Below, piece by piece: positions 34,498 through 44,841 of a DNA stretch of 64,000 nucleotides (position 1 is its first letter; every line of letters starts with the position of its first letter). A program made the position numbers and the translations under genes. Source of the stretch: Tetramitus jugosus (lineage: Eukaryota > Protista > Heterolobosea); NCBI GenBank assembly GCA_937625935.1, contig OW569388.1, positions 124,001-188,000 of the forward strand, given 5' to 3'. The notes under the pieces were generated by a model, which saw only the letters and a list, made by a program, of their open reading frames with translations, was not told the origin of the DNA and did no database searches.

Positions 34498-36264
34498 TTA
34501 CAGATCCTTGAAGATGGCAAAGATGTCTCCCTCGATATAATCGTTATCCACAATGGACACCAACCAGTAGTTGTTGCAGATATCGTTGATCACCTTTCTG
34601 CTTGGGGAGTCTTCTGGGTAAATTTCGAGCCAGTAGCTGCTCCACAGAGCAAATGCCTCAGACTTCCATGCCAAGAAGGATTGTCCATCAACAACAGTTG
34701 GTTGAATAATTTCACTGCCTGGGAAGACACCCCAGGTGACAGCGTTGACATCATTTGGATTGGTGGCATTGCTAAAGGTTTCACCGGCCAAGTTGGCAGC
34801 GTGCACTGTCAAGCTTGGGAACTCGGAGAGCTTTTGCTTAATCTTTTCCAAGTTTTCTGGTGAGACAAAGAATTCCAAGTATGCCTTCTTGTACACGTAA
34901 CCAATGCTGGTCTTTGGTCCCCATCCGTGAACCTTGGATGAGCTCTTCTCACCATTGACTCTAGGTTGACTGTTAATGGTCAAGAATCCACGCATATTCA
35001 AATCAACAATAGGAGACACGATAGTATCGGTTTCTGGTGCAATTCCAGTCTCGACCCATGGCAATCTTGGAACCTTGCCCTGCAAAAATTCAACAAACAC
35101 TTGGCTGACTTGATCAACAGAGGTCAATTCCTCACCCCACCACTTTCTTCTATTCTCAATTGATGGCTTAGAGTACAAACCAATGATGTGGTAGTCTTCC
35201 AAAGATCCAAAAGCAGGGGATCTGCTATCACCCCATCTTCCGTTTGGATATTCGTCCCAAAAGTTTGTTCTTGCGACGTAGGAAATTGGTCTGTGTGACC
35301 AAAAGATTGGTCTCACGGATTCGTTCTGTCTGTTTGCATTGGCAGTGGCAATCCATGGCAATGGTCTTGGAACAGAGTCAGAAATCATTTCGAGTCCCTC
35401 TAGGATTTGAACACAGGACTTTTCCAAGTTCAAAGTGTACAAATGGAGTCCCTTGACACCATTTCTCATCAAATACTTGCACATTTGAATACCGAGACGA
35501 ATACCGTAGGCCTTGACTTCATCGTCATCATCCTTGTTCAGAGCTTCCAAATCCTTTGTGATTTGCTCTGGAATCTTTGTCTTACAGAAGGAGACCATTC
35601 TCTGGAAACCACCATAGGATTGAATAGGCATAATTCCGGGCAAGATTGGAACATTGATACCCATTTCTTTTGCGTCCTTGCAAAACTTTAAAAAGCCATC
35701 ACAGTCATAAAACAGCTGAGTCACAACAAAATCAGCACCAGCATCCACCTTTTCCTTCAAATGTCTCAAATCGTCTTCGTAGCTTCCATCAGGGTGACCC
35801 TCTGGATAACCAGCCACAGAAATACCAAAATAATCACCAAATTCCTCTCTCACAAATCTAACGAGATCAGAGGCATAGGAAAAACCGGATTCAGTCTTTT
35901 CCCACTTGTCTGCATTGAGTGGAGGGTCACCTCTCAAAGCCAACAAATTTTGGATACCATTCTTCTTGCACTGTTCAATCGATTTTCTCAAATCTTCCTT
36001 GCTCATGTTGGTACATGTCATGTGCACTTGAGTCTCCAATCCAGTATAGTTTTGAGCATTGGTTGAGATGTCAATGGTCTTTGTAGCGGTGCTTCCACCT
36101 GCTCCCCATGTCACATCGATAAACAGTGGACCAAGCTTTGACATGCGCTCGATACGAGTGTACAAGTTCTCAACACCTTCGTCAGTCTTTGGAGGAAAGT
36201 ATTCAAATGAGAAGAAGGACTTGTCCTGTGCGACACATTCGTTGATTTTATCAATGATCTTCAT
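34498..36264 (-). CDS. MTHFR: Methylenetetrahydrofolate reductase, eukaryotic two-domain type
   Basis: FSFEYFPPKT, DVTWGAGG, HMTC, LALRGDPP, VAGYPEGH, TQLFYD, WDEYPNGRWGDSRSPAFG, NAVTWGVFPG. Confidence 0.97.
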   Translation of the reverse strand: MKIIDKINECVAQDKSFFSFEYFPPKTDEGVENLYTRIERMSKLGPLFIDVTWGAGGSTATKTIDISTNAQNYTGLETQVHMTCTNMSKEDLRKSIEQCKKNGIQNLLALRGDPPLNADKWEKTESGFSYASDLVRFVREEFGDYFGISVAGYPEGHPDGSYEDDLRHLKEKVDAGADFVVTQLFYDCDGFLKFCKDAKEMGINVPILPGIMPIQSYGGFQRMVSFCKTKIPEQITKDLEALNKDDDDEVKAYGIRLGIQMCKYLMRNGVKGLHLYTLNLEKSCVQILEGLEMISDSVPRPLPWIATANANRQNESVRPIFWSHRPISYVARTNFWDEYPNGRWGDSRSPAFGSLEDYHIIGLYSKPSIENRRKWWGEELTSVDQVSQVFVEFLQGKVPRLPWVETGIAPETDTIVSPIVDLNMRGFLTINSQPRVNGEKSSSKVHGWGPKTSIGYVYKKAYLEFFVSPENLEKIKQKLSEFPSLTVHAANLAGETFSNATNPNDVNAVTWGVFPGSEIIQPTVVDGQSFLAWKSEAFALWSSYWLEIYPEDSPSRKVINDICNNYWLVSIVDNDYIEGDIFAIFKDL

Positions 36265-36580
36265 GATTGGGTATGTATCTTGTGTTGTTGTGGTTGGTTT
36301 TTGGTTTTTGTGGTTTTGTGGTTTTTTCGAGTGTGTGAATTTGTGAGTTTGAAGTTGGTATTTTATTTTGAGAGGAGGCGGTGTAAACAGGAAAAGCTGA
36401 TTGCGCGCCTCAATAGGAGATGGAGTGGTTAACTGTGGTATCTTTCGATCCGTTCTGAGAGTCCCTCTGGGCCGCACCGCAAAAGAGCACGTGGTCAGTA
36501 ACCGTCTGAAGGAAAAATTATTTTTCGTCATCTTTTCACACAGAAGCTTTTCTCCGGCCACGTCATCAAGAGATGAAAGG

Positions 36581-37368
36581 CTAACTGTTTACAGGTTGTA
36601 TGCACGGGAGTATCTTCATAATCTGATCGTAACGTTCTTGTAGTACTTGCTCTAGATCCTTGATGAGCTTTTCGTGAACAGAGTTGACCTCAAATCTACT
36701 CCGATCCAAGTGATCAAGCATGTACTTGGACTCCACATAGTACTCAATCAAGAAATTACTATCTGGCTTCAACTGATCTTCGTCCTTTGGTTCTGGAATG
36801 TCCATCAAGTTGTCGATACGATCTGATAGCTTAACCAACACAGCATCCAAATCAATTTGATTCAATTTCTTTGTTAAGTACAGTGCTTTACCCTGTCGTT
36901 TCCTTACGACCTTATCTGCCACTTGAGGCATCCAGTGTCGAAGTTGTTCAACGATCCATGCAGTCTCCGGAGAAGCATTATTCTCTTGTTTCGAAAATTG
37001 TTCGTTGGCCAATTGCTCAATCATGGAGTTGTCGCTCGTCACTTGCTTTACAATTTCAGTCACCCTTGTATTTAAATTCTCATTGAGAGAGGTCTCCGTA
37101 GCGGCAGTGTCCTCCAATGTGTCGTGCAACAGAGCTGCACAAAGTACATTGTCATCACTGACACCATAATTGATCACTTTGGTGGATCCACTTGCGTGAG
37201 TTCTCACTCCTTCAGACCACATTACAAAAAATGGATCAAAGATAACAAAAAAAACTTACGACGTTGAGCAACACGCTTCGGATGTTCAATGTAGGGGGTC
37301 GATTGAGGGTCATTTCGCACTTGACCCTTGTGCATTTCAGTAGCATAATTCAGTGCTCTTGTGTACAT
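36581..37368 (-). CDS. HDDC3: HD-domain (p)ppGpp hydrolase-like protein (MESH1/HDDC3 type), 2 exons
   Basis: Exon 1 MYTRALNYATEMHKGQVRNDPQSTPYIEHPKRVA, intron 37210-37259, AALLHDTLEDT, VKLSDRIDNL. Confidence 0.82.
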
Positions 37369-37517
37369 TTTAATGTGAGTTCTTCTTTGTTTTTTTATCC
37401 CCGAAAAAGTTGGTGGTCGAAGATTGTTCCTGTCTGGACGAAGTTCGTCATTCGCTCCTCTCTGCCAACATACATCGGCTCTTTGTTTTCGGATTGTTTC
37501 CCGCTAAGAAATACAAC

Positions 37518-38339
37518 ATGTCAAAACGTTCTCAGAGGTCCGATATCATTCATCCAACAATCAAGCGAAAGAGAAGCAACGAAAGTGATGTGGTGGCGAA
37601 GGATATGGTGCTTGAAATTGGTTTTCCACTTTGCAGAGACACATGGTCAAAAATCATTGAGTTTTGTGACACTCACGAATGGTTACAATTGAGTTACACT
37701 TGCAAGGGAATCAATCAATTCAAATTCAACCGGTTGCTCATGTGTAACAAGATGAGAACACTCAACAAAAACTTAGACGAGCAAGAAATTGAACACTGGT
37801 TTCGATTGGCTCAAGGAACACTGTTCAATGTTTGTGTTAATTGGAATCAGCGAGTGACGGATCGACATTTCCAATATTTAGAAGGAATTCACTCACTTGA
37901 TATGGGTTTTTGCAAGAATGTCACAGATAAGGCATTCACTCATTTGACTGGCATTCACACACTCAAGATGAGCTATTGCGATCAAATCACAGACAATTCA
38001 TTTGTGCATTTAACTGGTATTCACACACTTGATATGACACATTGCAATCAAATCACAGACAATGCTTTTTCTCATTTGACTGGCATCCGTACGCTCTATA
38101 TGGCTGATTGCACTCATATCACAGATGCCGCCTTTGCTCATCTGACTGGTATTCACACGCTCGATATGAGTGGATGCGATCAAAACTCGATCACAGAGAA
38201 GGTGTTACTCTATTTGACTGGTATTTGCACACTCAGGTGGTATGTCAGTGGACGAGATGAAGCCTTCATTAAAAAGGTTGTTGACTATTGTGAGTCCAGT
38301 TCAACAATGCTTATTGGGATGAAAATCGGAATGCGTTAA
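37518..38339 (+). CDS. F-box-like + 22-aa LRR protein
   Basis: Degenerate F-box LCRDTWSKIIEF..LSYTCK; about 6 repeats of ITDxAFxHLTGIHTLDMxxCxQ. Confidence 0.8.
   Translation: MSKRSQRSDIIHPTIKRKRSNESDVVAKDMVLEIGFPLCRDTWSKIIEFCDTHEWLQLSYTCKGINQFKFNRLLMCNKMRTLNKNLDEQEIEHWFRLAQGTLFNVCVNWNQRVTDRHFQYLEGIHSLDMGFCKNVTDKAFTHLTGIHTLKMSYCDQITDNSFVHLTGIHTLDMTHCNQITDNAFSHLTGIRTLYMADCTHITDAAFAHLTGIHTLDMSGCDQNSITEKVLLYLTGICTLRWYVSGRDEAFIKKVVDYCESSSTMLIGMKIGMR
37853..38235 (+). repeat. Tandem ~66-bp coding repeat (LRR units)
   Basis: Recurring atcacagac..catttgactggcattcacac units. Confidence 0.8.
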
Positions 38340-38403
38340 CTCTCTTTTGTGATCATAAAAGGTGCTCCAGGTCAAGGTGGTATCTTAAGACCTAAGAAAA
38401 ATT

Positions 38404-38530
38404 TCCACACTCATAATGAAAGGGTGCGCTCAAATCACTAACGGTGCATTTACCCATTTGGCTGGTATTCCCACACAAGATACGAGCAATTGTTATCTAA
38501 TCACAGATGATGCATATTCCCATTTGACAA
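38404..38530 (+). pseudogene. Detached degenerate LRR units of the same 22-aa repeat
   Basis: MKGCAQITNGAFTHLAGIPTQDTSNCYLITDDAYSHLT, after the stop of the upstream gene. Confidence 0.7.
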
Positions 38531-38905
38531 TACAAATATTAATTTCAATACTTCATTCACAAAATGATAAATCCACTGCATGCACGCACCTAGAGGCAAA
38601 AGACGAAAGAGCGTAAATCTATATATCTCGAAATATATTTTATAATACAACTAATCATTGTGTCTGTTTTTTGTCGCAACAAACACTCATCATATATTAT
38701 CAAACTTTTTAAATTGCTTCTACTACTCATGTTTCGAATACTACTACAACTACGAACTACACTGCAAATGAATCCACACAATCATCATTCCTACTACATC
38801 TTCTGATCGTTCCTCTATATCAACAAACAACACATTTGCTTTCATTCGACAACAATAGTTGCTGTATCATGTGCGCACACAAGCACAAAACAATCGTTAA
38901 AAAAA

Positions 38906-39598
38906 TTATCTTCTTTGACGCTTTCCTGATCTCTCATCAGATTCACCACTATCTCTTCCTCTTCTCTTCCTATCTCCTTCATATCGATTATTGGCCTTGG
39001 TTACTCTGAGAGCAGATGGAGAAATGGATGAACCACCACTCTTTTTGCCTCTTCCACCAGATGCAGGTTTTTTGTTGCGTTGTTCTTGTTGCTCATTGTT
39101 GTTATTCGATGATCTCTTCTTATTCTTTGCAGCCAAGTTCTTTTTGTTAGGTTCAGTCTTCTTATTGCTCTTTTCATTGCTTTGTCTCGCTCTCTTCTTT
39201 TGCTTCTTCTTTTCTTCTAGAGCAGCCTTTTCTTCTTCCATCTTCTTGACATCTTCTTCAGTAATACCGAATCGTTGTCTTCTCTTGTTCATCTTTTCCA
39301 ATTCTTCCTATAACATATGCAAGTGAAGAATCGCGTGAGCAAAAAGCTTTTTGTAAAGTGCGGCAAAAAAACAGCTGAAAAAAAATGATCATACTGGATC
39401 AGTGAAACGGTTCTTTCTGGCTTCAGCCTTTTCTTCTTCAGTCATTTCGACAGACGTACCAAAACGCTCTGCACGAGACTTTTTCTTCTCAAAAGCAGAC
39501 GAAGCGACAGATGTGGATGAGGATGTTGTGTCATCACCATTGACTTCACCAGTAATTTCGTTTAATTGATCTTCTAAGCTCTTTTCTTCTTGGGACAT
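38906..39598 (-). CDS. THO1/MOS11/CIP29 C-terminal-like RNA export factor, 2 exons
   Basis: Three R-x-x-RF(G) motifs: KSRAERFG, EARKNRF, KRRQRFG; intron 39308-39394. Confidence 0.7.
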
Positions 39599-39840
39599 GA
39601 TTATTTATGTATGTTGGTGGTGGTTGGTTGGGTTTGTGCTTTTTGTTGGTTTGTTGAGAGTGGAAAAAAGGAATCCTTTCAGTTTTTTGATCAAATTCCG
39701 CGTTGTTGATTTTGTAAGAGATGCAAAGAAAAAATCGGGGATATCGCTCCAACGAACAAAAGAACTTTGATTTTGGCTATTATCCAATAAGCTCTACTGT
39801 ATCTCTTCGGTGCACCACACACAGCGCAACATCCACAAGA

Positions 39841-40452
39841 ATGGGCTTACGATCCTGGTACCAAAAGTACCTCAAGAATGAAGAGGCTGACCAAATCACA
39901 GAAATCCTGCCTGGAAAGCTTTACCTTGGCAACTGGAAATGTGCTTACAATCTAGGGAAAACAACGACTCCTTCCAACGTTGACAATGAAAATAATATGA
40001 ATGTAGCAATACGTCACGTGATCAACATGACTCCTCACATTCCAAACTTTCATAATTGGTACTTATTCAAGCAAACGGGTGCTGATGATGTCATTTACAT
40101 GGACGATACAGGCATTCAAGACAATGAACAAGCCAATGTTTCTCAACACTTTGAAAGAACGTTTGATTTTATTGATGAGGTAGCAAAGGAGAAACCAGTG
40201 TTGGTTCATTGTGTGGTGGGTGCAAGTCGATCGAGTTCAGTTGTGATTGCATACTTGATGAAGAAGAATCATTGGAATGTGGAAACGGCGCTCAATTATT
40301 GCAAGAGTCGAAGAAGCGTTGTGAAGCCGAATCGAGCCTTTTTGGAACAGTTGCACAAGTATGCGATACAGTTGGGTACGGAGACGGCAGATGGTGAGAA
40401 CAATGGAGACAATAAGTATGAGAGCAATGGTGATGATGAAGAGGTACATTAA
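39841..40452 (+). CDS. Dual-specificity protein phosphatase
   Basis: EILPGKLYLG, VLVHCVVGASRSSSVVIAYLM, RRSVVKPNRAFLEQL. Confidence 0.92.
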   Translation: MGLRSWYQKYLKNEEADQITEILPGKLYLGNWKCAYNLGKTTTPSNVDNENNMNVAIRHVINMTPHIPNFHNWYLFKQTGADDVIYMDDTGIQDNEQANVSQHFERTFDFIDEVAKEKPVLVHCVVGASRSSSVVIAYLMKKNHWNVETALNYCKSRRSVVKPNRAFLEQLHKYAIQLGTETADGENNGDNKYESNGDDEEVH

Positions 40453-40510
40453 CCAGTGCAATGGCTGAAGAAAGGTTCTGTAAAAATGTGTACATAGATT
40501 CGAGGTGGGA

Positions 40511-42325
40511 TCATTGTTTTACTGCGATACGAAGTCTTGGCAATTGACTTTGAACTTGTAGGAAACGTCTGTCCGAATTCTCTGTCATCCATTTTAACAA
40601 TTGATGGAAGAATGAAGGAGACAACTTATGAATCGAATTCAGATAGTCAACATGGTGCGTTGGTGCAAGAATATAGTCAATGTGCGTCTCGCGAAACTCT
40701 GGCGAACTGTGAAGGAACTGTAGCAGCAATCCTCTTGTTGGTTGTTGTTCATAGTACAGTAGATCCTGATATAATAAATTTGCAATGTAAGCATCGTTCT
40801 TGAAAGTACTCACTAGTTGACTAATCATGTAAATGGTTGGTTTGAAAGAGGCATCTCTTTCAGCCATCTTTTTGACTTGGTTGTAAATGTCGATCGCATG
40901 ATCCTTGAGATTGTTTCGGCAGTAGAAATTAATAATTTCAGTGTACGTCACGACTGAAGGTGGAACATTCATGTGTTGCATCAGCGATATGACAACCTTC
41001 ATATCCGATTCATTCTGAACTAGTTTAAGCACCGACGAGAAGTGGAAAATATTGGGCCGCAGATGAAAATCATTCTCCATTCCTCTTAATATGGCAAACG
41101 CTTGATCAAACGAATTGGAACAATTGATTAAACAATTGACCAATATTTCGTCGACTTTTAATCCATATTGATTCTCCATTTGCTTAATAAATAATAGTGC
41201 AGTGTCAACGGAACCACTTCCCTTCAAAGATTGCACCATACAGGTAGCAATCTTGATATCTGGCGTAAAATTCATCGCAGTGACACGCTTAAACCACCAA
41301 TTGGTCAACTCTGCATCAGACAGCGTGCCCAACAAGGAGAAAATGGAGTGCAACAATCGATAATTCGGTATTCTCTTGTCTCTCAAATGATTCAAAACTG
41401 TAAAACAATACTCTCGATAGTGATTCACTTCTTTGACTGCCAATTTCAAATGATCCAACAATATCGTATAAAATGGTAAATCAATCGGTACTTCCTCTGC
41501 AATCAACTGCTCGAATATATGCATGGCATGATTCGTATAATTGCCCTTTGTGTACGCACTCAATTGAAATTGAAGCATATTCTTATTGAATGGAACGGCA
41601 TGTTTCTTTGAATATCGATTCAACTCATCAAACAACAGTGGTTGTCTCTCCTTGATACACACACAAATGAGTAAATCCAAAAAACTTGGATTCCGAGACA
41701 AAATATCATGTTTCACACAGAATCGATAGACAAAAATGACAATTTCTCTCATGTTCATCTCCCTCGGATTCTTTAAAATTTTTGTCAACAATTCAAACAC
41801 TCTATTTTCATCCATTTTCGGCAATGCAGAAGTCTCTAATGATGATAATGATGATTGACTATTGAATGCATTCATGTATTCATCAAGTGCTACTAAACAA
41901 GCTTTGGAATCAAATCGAACCAATAATGATCTTTGCATTCGATCCAACACATTTTCCAATTCTTTCACATGTTCTAACGATGTTGTCATAGTAGTGGTTG
42001 AAACATCAACGTTTGTAGCTTTGGTCTCTGGTGGTTGCTCATGGTTCGTATTTGTAGTTGATGGTGGTGATGGTGGTTGTGTTGTTGCTGTCTTTGGTAC
42101 TGTGCTTTGTGATTTTTTCGTGAGTGCGGCATTTCTGGTCAATAGCTCTTGAAATCGTTTCGGTTGTTGCCGTAGTGGAGTTTTTTGGAGGGAAAAATGG
42201 AGAGTGTGAAAATTTTGATGTGGGTGGAGTGAAACGATTGGTGTTGTTCGGTTGCACAACAGTCGTGTTTGTCGACGAAGGTGATGCATGCATCGTAGTC
42301 TCAAAGAAGCTTCTTGAATCATCAT
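40511..42325 (-). CDS. Pentatricopeptide-repeat protein, probably mitochondrial
   Basis: Arg-rich presequence; PPR-like units PDIKIATCMV, PNIFHFSSVL, PSVVTYTEIINFYCR. Confidence 0.8.
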   Translation of the reverse strand: MMIQEASLRLRCMHHLRRQTRLLCNRTTPIVSLHPHQNFHTLHFSLQKTPLRQQPKRFQELLTRNAALTKKSQSTVPKTATTQPPSPPSTTNTNHEQPPETKATNVDVSTTTMTTSLEHVKELENVLDRMQRSLLVRFDSKACLVALDEYMNAFNSQSSLSSLETSALPKMDENRVFELLTKILKNPREMNMREIVIFVYRFCVKHDILSRNPSFLDLLICVCIKERQPLLFDELNRYSKKHAVPFNKNMLQFQLSAYTKGNYTNHAMHIFEQLIAEEVPIDLPFYTILLDHLKLAVKEVNHYREYCFTVLNHLRDKRIPNYRLLHSIFSLLGTLSDAELTNWWFKRVTAMNFTPDIKIATCMVQSLKGSGSVDTALLFIKQMENQYGLKVDEILVNCLINCSNSFDQAFAILRGMENDFHLRPNIFHFSSVLKLVQNESDMKVVISLMQHMNVPPSVVTYTEIINFYCRNNLKDHAIDIYNQVKKMAERDASFKPTIYMISQLVSTFKNDAYIANLLYQDLLYYEQQPTRGLLLQFLHSSPEFRETHIDYILAPTHHVDYLNSIHKLSPSFFHQLLKWMTENSDRRFLQVQSQLPRLRIAVKQ

Positions 42326-42436
42326 CGTTTTTTCTTTTCGTTTGTTTCTTCTTGAGGTTCAATCGATTACTTGAACTTTTCTCATTTCTCCTTCGACAAG
42401 TTTTTCCTTCAAAGATCAAAAAATTGAAATCAGCAA

Positions 42437-43495
42437 ATGCTTCGAAATCGTAAAGTCCTCATTGGTGTCGGTGCTGCCGTGTTCTTGTCTTCGACGTACT
42501 TTACCTATGCTCTCTCATCAGCCAACAAATCATCTTCGACTGATTCTCCGATAGCAAGCACCACGAAAACATCTCCTCCTGCAACAAAGCACTCGTGTTC
42601 AGAGACAAGAGATATCTATAACAAGATATCCTCATCATACGATAAGAAGGTTGGTTTTGATGAGTACCTGATCGGTGTAACAAAACTCCGAAAGAAAATT
42701 TTCTCCACTCCCGACAGCAAGTCTCAAGAACCTGTGAAGGCGTATCAGATCAAGGGACCTCACGTGTTGGAAGTGGCTGCTGGAACAGGGAGAAACATTG
42801 ATTTTATTTGTGATTATTTGGTGCCCAACAATACCATTTCTCAGGTCGATGTGACCGATTATTCCGATCTCATGATCAAAGAAGCGTATATCAAGTATGC
42901 AAAGTGGCAACGGAAGCTCGAAAAGAGGAATTATGTCAATAAGAGAAAAGCTTCAGATAAAGTGCAGTTTAAGCTCGTAGACGCACATGCTCTGACAGAG
43001 GAGTTGCCTCCAAAGTATTATGATACAGTGATTGATACATATGGTCTGTGTTCGTTCGAAGATCCAGAAAAAGTGTTGCGCGAGATGGTCAAGGTCTGTA
43101 AACCAGATGGAAAGATTATCCTACTGGAGCATGGAAGAACATTGGAACAAAAGAGCTGGGTTCCCTTTTATCGATCATGGTTGAATCATTACTTGGATCG
43201 CACAGCACCCAAGAGAGCACAAGACTGGGGATGTTGGTGGAACAGAGACATTGAAGGAATTGTTCAAAAGTGCAACGATGTACTGTTTGTAGAACGCGTC
43301 GAGTATCACCAGTTTGGAACATGTTATCTGATTGTCGCTCGACCAAAGTATTTGCAGGACATGCCGAATCCCGCTGTCGCCAAGGAAGAAGTGGCTGCCG
43401 TAGCCAACCTGTTTGCACATGCAAGGCAAATTACAAACCCTACTGGTAGTGGCAGTACTCACACCAACAGTAACAATAACCTGACTGAAGAATAA
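42437..43495 (+). CDS. OMS1-like class I SAM methyltransferase with N-terminal anchor
   Basis: VLEVAAGTGRN, YDTVIDTYGLCS, CKPDGKIILLEHG, WGCWWNRDI. Confidence 0.85.
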   Translation: MLRNRKVLIGVGAAVFLSSTYFTYALSSANKSSSTDSPIASTTKTSPPATKHSCSETRDIYNKISSSYDKKVGFDEYLIGVTKLRKKIFSTPDSKSQEPVKAYQIKGPHVLEVAAGTGRNIDFICDYLVPNNTISQVDVTDYSDLMIKEAYIKYAKWQRKLEKRNYVNKRKASDKVQFKLVDAHALTEELPPKYYDTVIDTYGLCSFEDPEKVLREMVKVCKPDGKIILLEHGRTLEQKSWVPFYRSWLNHYLDRTAPKRAQDWGCWWNRDIEGIVQKCNDVLFVERVEYHQFGTCYLIVARPKYLQDMPNPAVAKEEVAAVANLFAHARQITNPTGSGSTHTNSNNNLTEE

Positions 43496-43683
43496 TCACT
43501 CAATGTCACCGTACATGCAAAACTCCTTTTTTGGTCCGATTCACACTTCACTGTTTGCGACATTTTTCGCGCCTGTTGATGTTTCCCGCCTCAGGAACAA
43601 AAAACACATCAAGAAAAAAAGCTTTTCCCTGTCAAAACAAACAAAAAAGCCATCTTCAAAATATATTGCTTCGAATAACATAG

Positions 43684-44663
<980 letters not shown>

Positions 44664-44841
44664 TAACGACGAATGGAGAAGGATTGTAATGGTTGGTTGA
44701 TTGATCGAGAGATGCACTATCAATGCCAATGGATGACCCTGTGAAGAAATGAAGGAAAGATAAATGAGAAGTTTTTTTTAAGAATTGTTGTTATTATTGT
44801 TCGATATTATCTTATTTATGAAGCAAAGGAGGACCATTGAT

